64,000 nt of DNA from an uncultured Chloroflexia bacterium (GTDB lineage Bacteria > Chloroflexota > Limnocylindria > Limnocylindrales > CSP1-4): NCBI GenBank assembly GCA_963828165.1, contig CAWHDR010000001.1:2496001-2560000 (forward strand), written 5' to 3'. The notes beneath the pieces are model-generated. The model saw only the letters and a list, made by a program, of their open reading frames with translations. It ran no database searches and was not told where the DNA came from. Position numbers and translations under genes: made by a program. Positions within the stretch are counted from its first letter, which is position 1. Each line of letters starts with the position of its first letter. This document shows positions 1 to 8,228 of the stretch, piece after piece.

Positions 1-291
1 GACTTCTGCCGGGTCTGGCCAGCTCCGCGGAGGCCCTCTTCCCCGATGACGACGATCTTTGCGGGCTCTACACCGCCCGTCGCCAGGACGAGTCGGCGGA
101 ACGCCGCGTCCGCGGAGGCGAGCGAGATCTGCTGCTCGAGGATGATCCGGACGAGGGTCTCGAACCCTGGCTCGCGAGCCCACAGCGGCGGGGGTCCGTG
201 GCGCTCGGCGATGCCGGCCAGGTCGGGGTCGATGCCGGCTAGTGCCCGGACGGCCGGCGCCAGAGATGCCTCGTCGAGGGCCGCGAGGGCC
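1..291 (-). CDS. DNA-3-methyladenine glycosylase II (AlkA/HhH-GPD family), N-terminal part; runs off the window, start codon uncertain
   Basis: Manual translation (not in ORF track): ALDEASLAPAVRALAGIDPDLAGIAERHGPPPLWAREPGFETLVRIILEQQISLASADAAFRRL...GLRGAGQTRQK, with the AlkA-type FETLVRIILEQQISLA segment. Confidence 0.8.
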
Positions 292-297
292 CGCCCT

Positions 298-816
298 TCA
301 GCCGAGATAGCGCGACGTTGCCATGAAGAACACCGCGATGGCGAGGAACACCAGGTCCAGCTGGAACGCCCTTTGGAGCTTGGCCTGCAGCGCCGCGATC
401 GTGGCGCCCTCCTCGGGTGTCGGTCCGCGATGGGCCGCCTCCAGGGTCGCCCCGATCGCGTCGAGCTTGGAAATGTTCGGCAGGATCGCCAGCGGCCCGA
501 ACGCGAATGAGACCAGGGCTGCCGCCGCGCCGATCGTGAACCCGACGCCCGTCGCTGAGCCGAGCCACAGCTGCAGCCCTCCGGCGTTGCGCAGGTAGAG
601 AAGCAGTCCCGCCACGATCGTGATGATCGTCGCGATCAGGATGATCGTCGGGAACCGCCGCGCGCGGGTCAGGTTGGCCATGAACGCGCCTTCGCCTTCG
701 GGTCCCAGCGCGCGAGCACTCGGCTGGAAGAAGAAGAAGAATGCGAAGGCTGATCCCACCCAGAAGATGCCGGAACCGATGTGGAGCACGCGAAGCAGCA
801 GGAGGACGGGATCCAC
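298..816 (-). CDS. Integral membrane protein with 4 TM helices (DUF2269/CopD-like)
   Basis: LRVLHIGSGIFWVG N-terminus and hydrophobic helices; GTG at 816 after an AAAGGTGAG RBS. Confidence 0.65.
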   Translation of the reverse strand: MDPVLLLLRVLHIGSGIFWVGSAFAFFFFFQPSARALGPEGEGAFMANLTRARRFPTIILIATIITIVAGLLLYLRNAGGLQLWLGSATGVGFTIGAAAALVSFAFGPLAILPNISKLDAIGATLEAAHRGPTPEEGATIAALQAKLQRAFQLDLVFLAIAVFFMATSRYLG

Positions 817-922
817 GCGCTCACCTTTGTTGGTCGTGTCGGCCGGGGAGGACGCCACCTTACACGCCACGACATGCCACAGAACCACCGTTTCGGCGAC
901 GCGGTTGCGGTGGCTCGTTTTC

Positions 923-1615
923 CTAGCGGTGAGCGAGGGACTCGGCGAGCTGGGTCAGCGTCTCAACGACGGCCGCGGCGCCCGCGCCACGCAGCGCGGC
1001 GTCGTCGACGGCGGCTCCGGCCGTCACCCCGATCGGGATCATCCCGGCGGCGACGGCCGCCACCATGTCCCAGGTCGAATCGCCGATGTACCAGCAGCGG
1101 GTCGGGTCGACGCCCAATTCCTCGGCCGCCCGGAGCAGGAGATCCGGCTCGGGCTTCGCGTGCTCGACGTGGCTCGCGTCCACGATCGTCGGCTCCGACG
1201 GCAGTCCAAGGGCCTGGACCGAGGTGGCCACCTGGGCCTTCCGGCTGGAGGTCGCGATCGCCCACGGCAACCCGCGTGTTTCGATGGCTTCGACGAGCTC
1301 GCGAACCCCGGGGAGCGGGCGAGGGGAGAGGTTGAGCTGCTCGTAGATCTCGCCGGAGCGCTTGTCGATCGCCTCGGCGCGGTCCGCATCAAGCGTCGTT
1401 CCGGCGAGCGCGGCGATCTCGCGAGCCAGGCGCTTGCCATCGACGCCGATCAGCGGCGCGAGGCGTTCGTGGGTGCTCGGTAGTTCGGCGTCTTCGAGCG
1501 CGTGGAGCCACGCCTCGATGCGCGTCTCGACCGTGTCGATGAGGGTCCCATCGAGGTCGAACAGGACAGCCTCGGGGAGAGGCAGGGTGTCGACGTCGGC
1601 GGGGTTGGCGGGCAT
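923..1615 (-). CDS. HAD-family phosphatase
   Basis: FDLDGTLID, ATSS, KPEPD and IGDSTWD motifs. Confidence 0.9.
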   Translation of the reverse strand: MPANPADVDTLPLPEAVLFDLDGTLIDTVETRIEAWLHALEDAELPSTHERLAPLIGVDGKRLAREIAALAGTTLDADRAEAIDKRSGEIYEQLNLSPRPLPGVRELVEAIETRGLPWAIATSSRKAQVATSVQALGLPSEPTIVDASHVEHAKPEPDLLLRAAEELGVDPTRCWYIGDSTWDMVAAVAAGMIPIGVTAGAAVDDAALRGAGAAAVVETLTQLAESLAHR

Positions 1616-1786
1616 CGCCCTACGGTAGCGGGTCCCGAGCCCCACGGGCGTGGCGGGGACTCCGGCGCAGCGCAGCGGGGGCCCGCGGCGGCGGCGCCTC
1701 CGGCGCGACCACGAGCGGAGCGGCCTGCGGGGCGACAAGGGCGGAGGCCTGCGGCGCGACCACGGCGGGTGTCCGCACGCCGCCCC

Positions 1787-1864
1787 TGGCGAGATCGACA
1801 ACGGGGGACGGTTATGGCTGCTCGCCGGCCGGTTGTTGGCAGGATCGACACCGGGGGACGGTTA
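1787..1864. repeat. Two imperfect 28-bp direct repeats, 50 bp apart
   Basis: tggcgagatcgacaacgggggacggtta (1787-1814) and tggcaggatcgacaccgggggacggtta (1837-1864). Confidence 0.8.
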
Positions 1865-1934
1865 CGACCACAATTCGGCCAATTCGGGGTGAAGCGTCTC
1901 AGGGTTCGGCCATTAGCGTCCCGGGAGGTCGATC

Positions 1935-2140
1935 CAGCCACGGATACACCGCCAAATGCTCACCACGGGAACATCAGGCGGGCAATCGGCCCTGGATCGG
2001 GCACATCGACCCCTCGCAGTCCGGCTGGCGAGCCGGCACCACGCACGGTTGCGACGAGCGGGCGCGGGAAGCGGCCCGTCAGATCCCCGATAGGCCGCCT
2101 AACGTTCCCTGGGGCGTGCATTTGGCGGTGTTCCTGGCCG
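1935..2140. repeat. Imperfect inverted repeat pair (about 55-bp arms) around about 97 bp; MITE/REP-doublet-like
   Basis: Left arm 1935-1989 contains acaccgccaaatgc...gggaacatcaggcgggcaatcgg. The reverse complement of right arm 2087-2140 reads acaccgccaaatgc...gggaacgttaggcggcctatcgg. Confidence 0.8.
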
Positions 2141-2478
2141 CGTTCAGCGGACCACTCGCCGTTGCTCGAGCCCTGCCGCGACTTGGCTACGTGCCCGTGG
2201 CCACGCCCGCCGCGACTTCGCAACTCGCCCGTAGTTCGGGCCCACCGCGGCCTGGCTACGTGCCCGTGGCTCGCGCCGCGCCCGGGGCCGCGTTCAGCGG
2301 ACGACTCGCCGTTGCTCGAGCCCTGCCGCGACTTGGCTACGTGCCCGTAGCCACGCCCGCCACGACCTCGCAACTCGCCCGTAGTTCGGCCCGCCAACAC
2401 GACCTCGCAACTCGCCCGTAGTTCGGGCCCGCCGCGGCCTGGCTACGTGCCCGTGGCTCGCGCCGCACCCCGGCCGCG
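2136..2478. repeat. Composite 150-bp tandem repeat built from REP-like palindromic subunits
   Basis: Unit at 2136 recurs at 2286; ggctacgtgcccgt at 2185/2254/2335/2441; gcaactcgcccgtagttcgg at 2220/2370/2407. Confidence 0.9.
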
Positions 2479-3735
2479 TCCACTCCCTTGCTTCGGCCCG
2501 AACCCCCATGCCGACCAAACCCCGACGCACAACACGCCGATCCCCACGATCCCGACGACCAGCGGTGCCGATACACGGTCCGCGAGCGGTCCCGCCACGA
2601 GGGTCGGCGCGAGACTGGCCGCGCTCACGATCGACGCCAGCACGCCGAACACGCGCCCGCGGACCTGCGACGGCATCGATTCGAGCAGGGCCGTCTGCGC
2701 CGAAACCGAGACCACCGCATAGGCGGCGCCCGCGCACGTGGCCACCGCGACGACGATCGGCAGCACCGAAACGCCATAGCCTGCAAGCACTCCGCCGAGC
2801 ACGCCCGCCAGGGCCAGGGATGCCGTCAACAGCCCGAGCACGATGTGCCCGCCCTCCGCGGCGCGCCGATGCGACACGTGGCCTCCGAACCGGCGCAACC
2901 CGAACACCCCGATGACGACGCCGATCCCCAGCGGCACGACGATGACCGCCAGCTGGGTCGGCTCGAGTCCGACCGTGGCCGCGAGCCCCGGCCCCAGCAC
3001 GCCAAGGACGCCTGCCACGGATGCACCCGCGGCCTGGTGCACGATGGGCCGGCTGACTTCGCGGTCCCCCCGGATGACCTTGATCCCCTCCTGGAGCTCG
3101 TGGATGACGCGCACGCCGGCGTCGCGCCCCGACTCCTGCGCCCCGCGGTTCGGTGGCGCGCTGGGCAGCCCGATACAGGCGACGGTGGCGGCGACGTACA
3201 GGGCGGTCACGACGGCCAGCACCGCCGATGGCCCGGCGATCGTCACGAGCAGCGGGCCCAGGAACGCGAACCCCAGGGCGAACGAGGCCTGCAGGGTCAG
3301 GTTGAAGATGCCCATCGCGGTCTGGAGCTGAGCGCGCGGCACGACCCGCGGGATCATCGATCCCTCCGCGGGCGTGAGCGCGACGCTCGTGAGGCTGACG
3401 GCGAGGTTGAGCGCGAGCAGCATCGCCACGTTCGCGCCGGCGATCGCGAGCCCCGCCGTCAGGAGGGCTCGAGCGATGTTGGGGCCCACGAGCGCCCAGC
3501 GCAGATCCAGGCGATCGACCACGACCCCGGCGAAGGGCGACAACACGATCTGCGGCAGGACGAACGAGGCAACGAGTGCCCCGACCGCGGTGTTCGAACG
3601 CGTCGTGTCGAAGACGAGCACGGTCAGCGCGTACAGCGCCATGTTGCCGCCGACCTGGGTGGCGGCCTGGATGAACCACAATCGCGCGAAGATCGGGTCC
3701 CGCAAGATCGACCGCGCGGTCGCGCTCTCCTTCAT
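2443..3735 (-). CDS. MFS transporter (DHA3/EntS-like)
   Basis: About 12 TM helices; FARLW, AGVVVDRLD and RGRVFG motifs. Confidence 0.9.
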   Translation of the reverse strand: MKESATARSILRDPIFARLWFIQAATQVGGNMALYALTVLVFDTTRSNTAVGALVASFVLPQIVLSPFAGVVVDRLDLRWALVGPNIARALLTAGLAIAGANVAMLLALNLAVSLTSVALTPAEGSMIPRVVPRAQLQTAMGIFNLTLQASFALGFAFLGPLLVTIAGPSAVLAVVTALYVAATVACIGLPSAPPNRGAQESGRDAGVRVIHELQEGIKVIRGDREVSRPIVHQAAGASVAGVLGVLGPGLAATVGLEPTQLAVIVVPLGIGVVIGVFGLRRFGGHVSHRRAAEGGHIVLGLLTASLALAGVLGGVLAGYGVSVLPIVVAVATCAGAAYAVVSVSAQTALLESMPSQVRGRVFGVLASIVSAASLAPTLVAGPLADRVSAPLVVGIVGIGVLCVGVWSAWGFGPKQGSGRGRGAARATGT

Positions 3736-3894
3736 GCGCGAACCTTACGGTGCACGGCGATCGCGACGAGCAGTGGTGCGGTCTGGCAACGCGAGTGCAG
3801 AACGAAGCTTCGCGCCCGCACCGCTTGCGGCTACCTTAGGGTCTTCCCAGGTGGAGTCCGGGGCTCCACGGGCCGGTGAGGAGGAGTTTCATCG

Positions 3895-4413
3895 ATGCGT
3901 CGATCGGTTCTGTCCAGTCTGGCGCTCGCGAGCGCGCTGATGCTGATGTTGGCATCGAGCGCCTTGGGGGCACCCAACCATCGCACCATCCAGATTCTCG
4001 ACAATTGTGACGGGCCTTCGTTCAACGAGGCACTCGGGCCTGGCGCCTGCTCGCGTCCGGGCGGTCTGTCCTTCGAGAACCTGGAGCGGAGCTTCGCGCG
4101 TGGTGGCGCTCCTTCCTGGCGATTCTCACCGAGCCAGGCCAGCCTCGCCGCGGGTGGCTCCCTCACCGCGATCAACCGCGGCGGCGAGTTCCACACCTTC
4201 ACCGAGGTCGCCGCGTTCGGCGGTGGCTGCGTCCCGCCGATCAACGAAGCCCTCGGCCTCGCGCCCATCCCAGAGTGCGCGGATCCCTCGCTCTTCGGGA
4301 CCACCGGCGTCGTCCCGGGTGCGGCCCTGGAAGTCGGGCCGATCTCGTCGGGCGCTCACCGGTTCCAGTGCCTGATCCATCCGTGGCAGCGGGCGACGGT
4401 CACGGCCCGCTGA
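3895..4413 (+). CDS. Secreted cupredoxin-like protein
   Basis: Signal peptide; HTFT and C-terminal FQCLIHPWQ type-1-copper-like ligand pattern; GAGGAG RBS. Confidence 0.65.
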   Translation: MRRSVLSSLALASALMLMLASSALGAPNHRTIQILDNCDGPSFNEALGPGACSRPGGLSFENLERSFARGGAPSWRFSPSQASLAAGGSLTAINRGGEFHTFTEVAAFGGGCVPPINEALGLAPIPECADPSLFGTTGVVPGAALEVGPISSGAHRFQCLIHPWQRATVTAR

Positions 4414-4432
4414 CCGGACCCGTATCCAAAGG

Positions 4433-4462
4433 CGAAACGCCGGCCGTGTGGCCGGCGTTTCG
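4433..4462 (+). terminator. Stem-loop, putative terminator
   Basis: cgaaacgccggcc-gtgt-ggccggcgtttcg. Confidence 0.7.
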
Positions 4463-4506
4463 ATTCCGGGCCGCCCGCGCAGAGACGGCGCGATATCCTC
4501 GCCGAG

Positions 4507-5538
4507 ATGATCCTGCGCATCGTCCTGGGCGGTCTCCCGTCCGGTACCGACGCCAGCGCCCTGCTCGAGCTACGCGGCCGGCTCGCCCGGGTGGCTCGCG
4601 ACGTGCCGGGACTCGACAGCCTCATCGTCGGGGCGCGACGCGCGCTGCTCTCCGGTGGGGCCGGCGACGTCCCGGTCGAGGCCGCGATCGTCACGGTCTG
4701 GCGAGACGTGGACTCGATGGCTCGAGCCACCGGCATCGACGAGCAGGACCGGTTCCTGGGGCACCGGCTGCAGCTGCCACTCTCCATCGAGCGGGCGGTC
4801 CACTACGAGATCGTGGGACGGACGTTCGCCGCCTTGCCGCCCGAAACGACGACCCACCTGCGCATCGTCACGGTGCGCGCGCGACCGAACGAGGAGGCTC
4901 GTCTGATCGAGACGCTTCGCGATCGGCGCCCGCAGCTCGTCGAGAAAGGTCTCGTCGCCTCGCACCTGGGCCGTCGGGTGGTGTCCGGCGAGTTCGAGGC
5001 GGTGACCGTCGGCGTGTGGCCCGACAGGGCGACCCTCGAAGCGGCTACGGGCGGCGGGCCGGAGCGGCCGCTCTTCGAGCAGGACCTGGCGGACTGGTCC
5101 GACCGACTGCACCTCGAGACGTACGACGGGATCGAGATCGCGCCCAGGCTCCCAGCAGCCAGCGGGCCGCCCATCTTCATCCTGGACGACCAATTGCGGA
5201 TCGTGGACGTCACAGCGTCGGCCGCGGCGGCACTCGGCCGGGAACCCGACGACCTGGTGGGGAGATCCCTGCGGGACCTCTCGCGGACGGACCCCGAGGA
5301 ATTCGCCCGGAACGTCGGTTCACTGCGGCATCACGGGAGGGTCGCCGGTGAGGCCAAGTGGCACGTGCCCGACTCAGGCGAGGTCTTCCTGCGCTATGTC
5401 GCCCGCCAGGACGTGCCCATTTCCGGTCGCCACACGGTCCTCGTCCATCGCTGGAACGAGCCCGTCCCCACGGAGGCCGACCTCGACACCGCCCTCGACG
5501 TGGCCTTCCCGCTCACGTCGGGCCCTCGACGCGCCTGA
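4507..5538 (+). CDS. Protein with two ABM-like (dimeric alpha/beta barrel) repeats and a C-terminal PAS domain
   Basis: Duplicated VTVWRDVDSM / VGVWPDRATL motifs; PAS-like PIFILDDQLRIVDVTASAAAALGREPDDLVGRSLRDL. Confidence 0.6.
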   Translation: MILRIVLGGLPSGTDASALLELRGRLARVARDVPGLDSLIVGARRALLSGGAGDVPVEAAIVTVWRDVDSMARATGIDEQDRFLGHRLQLPLSIERAVHYEIVGRTFAALPPETTTHLRIVTVRARPNEEARLIETLRDRRPQLVEKGLVASHLGRRVVSGEFEAVTVGVWPDRATLEAATGGGPERPLFEQDLADWSDRLHLETYDGIEIAPRLPAASGPPIFILDDQLRIVDVTASAAAALGREPDDLVGRSLRDLSRTDPEEFARNVGSLRHHGRVAGEAKWHVPDSGEVFLRYVARQDVPISGRHTVLVHRWNEPVPTEADLDTALDVAFPLTSGPRRA

Positions 5539-5561
5539 CGTCTCCCTTCCCAACTACAGAC

Positions 5562-5587
5562 GAAGCCCCTCCCGAAGGAGGGGCTTC
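5562..5587. terminator. Stem-loop between convergent genes
   Basis: gaagcccctcc-cgaa-ggaggggcttc. Confidence 0.75.
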
Positions 5588-5605
5588 CGACGTGGAGGCG
5601 CCTGA

Positions 5606-5968
5606 TCAGCGGTTCTGCTGGACCGGTCGGTTCTGGTTGACCGGCTGCTGGTCCTTGTCCAACGGGCTCGTGCCGCTGGGCTGGGCCGGATCCGTCCGGT
5701 CGCCCTGCTGGAAATCGCCCTGCGAGCGATCGTTCCAGGCACCCTCCGACGTGGTGGTCGGGTCACCCTGCTTCCAGCTCTCCTGGCCCTGGGTCATGCC
5801 CTGGTCCTTGTTCAGGCCCCGGCCCTGATACTGGCCCTGGCCTTTCCCTTGGCTGCCCTGGCCCTGATAGCCCTGATCCGAACCGGTCTGGCCATGGGTT
5901 CCGACTTGGCTCGACTCGCGCGGCATGCTGCCGGTGGTCTGCTTGGTCTGGTCCTTGTTCTTGCCCAT
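5606..5968 (-). CDS. Small Gln/Gly-rich hydrophilic, probably disordered protein
   Basis: GGAGG RBS before ATG at 5968; QGYQGQGSQGKGQGQYQG low-complexity tract. Confidence 0.7.
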   Translation of the reverse strand: MGKNKDQTKQTTGSMPRESSQVGTHGQTGSDQGYQGQGSQGKGQGQYQGRGLNKDQGMTQGQESWKQGDPTTTSEGAWNDRSQGDFQQGDRTDPAQPSGTSPLDKDQQPVNQNRPVQQNR

Positions 5969-6136
5969 GCTCGTTACCTCCAGCGGTTCATTCGGGGGTC
6001 GCGGCCAGCGTCCCCCACGCCTGGGAACAGCCGACTCAACCCCCTCCGGCAATGGCTTGCGGCCACCTTGCGCGAGCGTTGCGACACCCTCCCTTACGAG
6101 AAACCGACGTTCGGGCGCCCGCTACACTGGCCGACC

Positions 6137-6892
6137 ATGACCGACCCCACTCCTGCCGTCTGGGTCATCCTCCCGACCTACGACGAGGCGGAGAACATCC
6201 GCCCGATCACCGCCGCGATCCTCGAGTCCCTGCCTGCCGCGACGGTCCTCGTCGTTGACGACGGCTCGCCGGACGGCACCGGCCAGATCGCCGACGAGCT
6301 CGCCGCCGCTGACCCTCGCATCCGGGTGCGCCATCGAACGGCCAAGCAGGGCCTGGGCCGGGCGTACCTCGATGGGTTCGGTGTCGCGCTCGGCGGGGGC
6401 GCCACCGTCGTGGCCCAGATGGACGCCGACTTCAGCCACGACCCGGCTGTGCTGCCGGCACTCGTCGCGCCGATCGAGGCCGGCGAGGCGGATCTCGTCA
6501 TCGGTTCGCGCTACACGAAGGGCGGCGGCGTGGTCGATTGGGGCATCGGCCGCCGGCTCATCTCCCGCGGTGGCTCGATGTTCGCTCGGATCGTGCTGGG
6601 GCTGCGCCCGAGCGACCTGACCGGCGGTTTCAAGGCATGGCGTTCGTCCACGCTGGCGGCGGTCCCGTTCGATGGCGTGCACGCGGGGGGCTACGTCTTC
6701 CAGATCGAGATGACCTACCGCGCCAGCCGCGCCGGTGCCCGCATTCGTGAGGTGCCGATCACCTTCCGCGACCGGCGGGTCGGCCAGAGCAAGATGTCGC
6801 GGCGGATCGTGGTCGAGGCGCTCGTCGTGGTCGTACAGCTCCGGCTCGATGAACTGGTCGGTTGGGTCGGGCGGCGACGGCGCAAGAAATGA
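6137..6892 (+). CDS. Polyprenol monophosphomannose synthase (GT2)
   Basis: ILPTYDEAENI, VDDGSPDGT, QMDADFSHDP, GSRY, DLTGGFK and YVFQIE motifs. Confidence 0.9.
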   Translation: MTDPTPAVWVILPTYDEAENIRPITAAILESLPAATVLVVDDGSPDGTGQIADELAAADPRIRVRHRTAKQGLGRAYLDGFGVALGGGATVVAQMDADFSHDPAVLPALVAPIEAGEADLVIGSRYTKGGGVVDWGIGRRLISRGGSMFARIVLGLRPSDLTGGFKAWRSSTLAAVPFDGVHAGGYVFQIEMTYRASRAGARIREVPITFRDRRVGQSKMSRRIVVEALVVVVQLRLDELVGWVGRRRRKK

Positions 6893-8223
6893 CGGACGGG
6901 CCGGAGACTGGGCCGGCACCCGGGCCGCTCAGCCGCGGAGAGGCCTCCGCCAGGGGGCTTGGGGAGGCCGCGGCCGGCGACCCGTCGCCTGGTGTCCGTG
7001 TCGTCATGGACGTCCGAGCGCTCCAGGAGCCGGCGCGAGCGCCCAGGACTGCGGCGTATCTCGATGGCCTGCTGAGCGGGTTCGACGCGGACCCGCGTCC
7101 CGGCGAGTCGTTCGCGTTCCTGCTCGCCTCGGACGAGGACGACCCGACGAGGCGCTTCGAACACCTCGAGGTCGTCGGCCGGCGACTGCTGCCGCCGACG
7201 CGGCTGCTCCGCCAGGCGGCGTTGACCGTCGATCCGTTCGTCCTGCGCGGGGCGTCCGTCGGCGCGGCCTGGCGGGCAGACCGGAGCGGCGCGTCTGGCG
7301 CCGTGTATCACGCGGCGGGCAACGCCGTCCCGATCGCGTCACGACTGCCGACGGTGGTGACCCTCCTGGATCTGGCGCCATGGGAGCTCCCCGACGCCTT
7401 CCAGCGTGGGACCGCGTCGCGCTTCGGCCAGCGCCTGCGCGCCCGGTTGCTGCGCGACGCCGCAGCGGTTCTCGTCGGCACCGAAGCGGTCGCGAAGTCC
7501 GCCCGTCGCCTGCTGCACCTGCGACGAGACCGGATCCACGTCGTGCCGCTCGCGCCGCGCCCCGCGTACGCTGCGGTCCTCGAGCACGCCCTCGGGCGCC
7601 GCGAGACCGCGCGCGCCGCCGCGGATCGACTCGGTCTCGGCGATCGATACCTGGTCTACCACGGTCGCCATGACATCCGACAGGACGGCGCCACGTTGAT
7701 GGCCGCACTCGCATCGCTCGCAGCGACCGATCGGCCGACCGGACTGGCGGACGCGGCTGAGTGGCCACCGCGGCTCCTCGTCGTGGACGCCACGCCCGAC
7801 GATCGTGCGGCGCTCGCCCGGATCGCCGCCCGCCATGGCGCCGGCAACCAGCTCGTGTACGCGCCGATCCTGCCACCCGACGACACGGCCGCGATCGTCG
7901 CCGCGGCCAGGGCGGTCGTCCTGCCGGTCGTGTCCGAGGCGAGCGGTCTCGTGGCCATCGATTCCCTGGCGGCCGGCGTCCCGGTCATCGCATCGGCGGT
8001 CGGGGCGTTGCCGGAGATCGTCGGCTCGGCCGGCATCCTCGTCGAACCACGAGATCGAGAGCGGTTGGCGGTGGCGATGGCGACCGCCTGGAGCGACGAG
8101 CCGGTCCGCGCGGGGATCGCGGGGGCGGCGCGGTCGCGTGGGACTAACGCCTCAGGCGTGCCGCGGTCGTGGGTGGACGTCGCGCACGAGGTCCGGGCGA
8201 TCTATGCGAGCGTCGCGCGCTAA
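6889..8223 (+). CDS. Glycosyltransferase family 4 (GT-B fold)
   Basis: SEASGLVAIDSLAAGVPVIASAVGALPEIVG (degenerate EX7E); ATGA overlap with the upstream gene. Confidence 0.8.
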   Translation: MTDGPETGPAPGPLSRGEASARGLGEAAAGDPSPGVRVVMDVRALQEPARAPRTAAYLDGLLSGFDADPRPGESFAFLLASDEDDPTRRFEHLEVVGRRLLPPTRLLRQAALTVDPFVLRGASVGAAWRADRSGASGAVYHAAGNAVPIASRLPTVVTLLDLAPWELPDAFQRGTASRFGQRLRARLLRDAAAVLVGTEAVAKSARRLLHLRRDRIHVVPLAPRPAYAAVLEHALGRRETARAAADRLGLGDRYLVYHGRHDIRQDGATLMAALASLAATDRPTGLADAAEWPPRLLVVDATPDDRAALARIAARHGAGNQLVYAPILPPDDTAAIVAAARAVVLPVVSEASGLVAIDSLAAGVPVIASAVGALPEIVGSAGILVEPRDRERLAVAMATAWSDEPVRAGIAGAARSRGTNASGVPRSWVDVAHEVRAIYASVAR

Positions 8224-8228
8224 CCACG

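Noticed and set aside
1960-2421. ORFs of 101-146 aa spanning the repeat region
   Set aside because: They are translations of repeats with no RBS or recognisable domain
2136-2478. Possible CRISPR array
   Set aside because: Intervening segments are themselves repeated rather than unique spacers, and no cas genes are present
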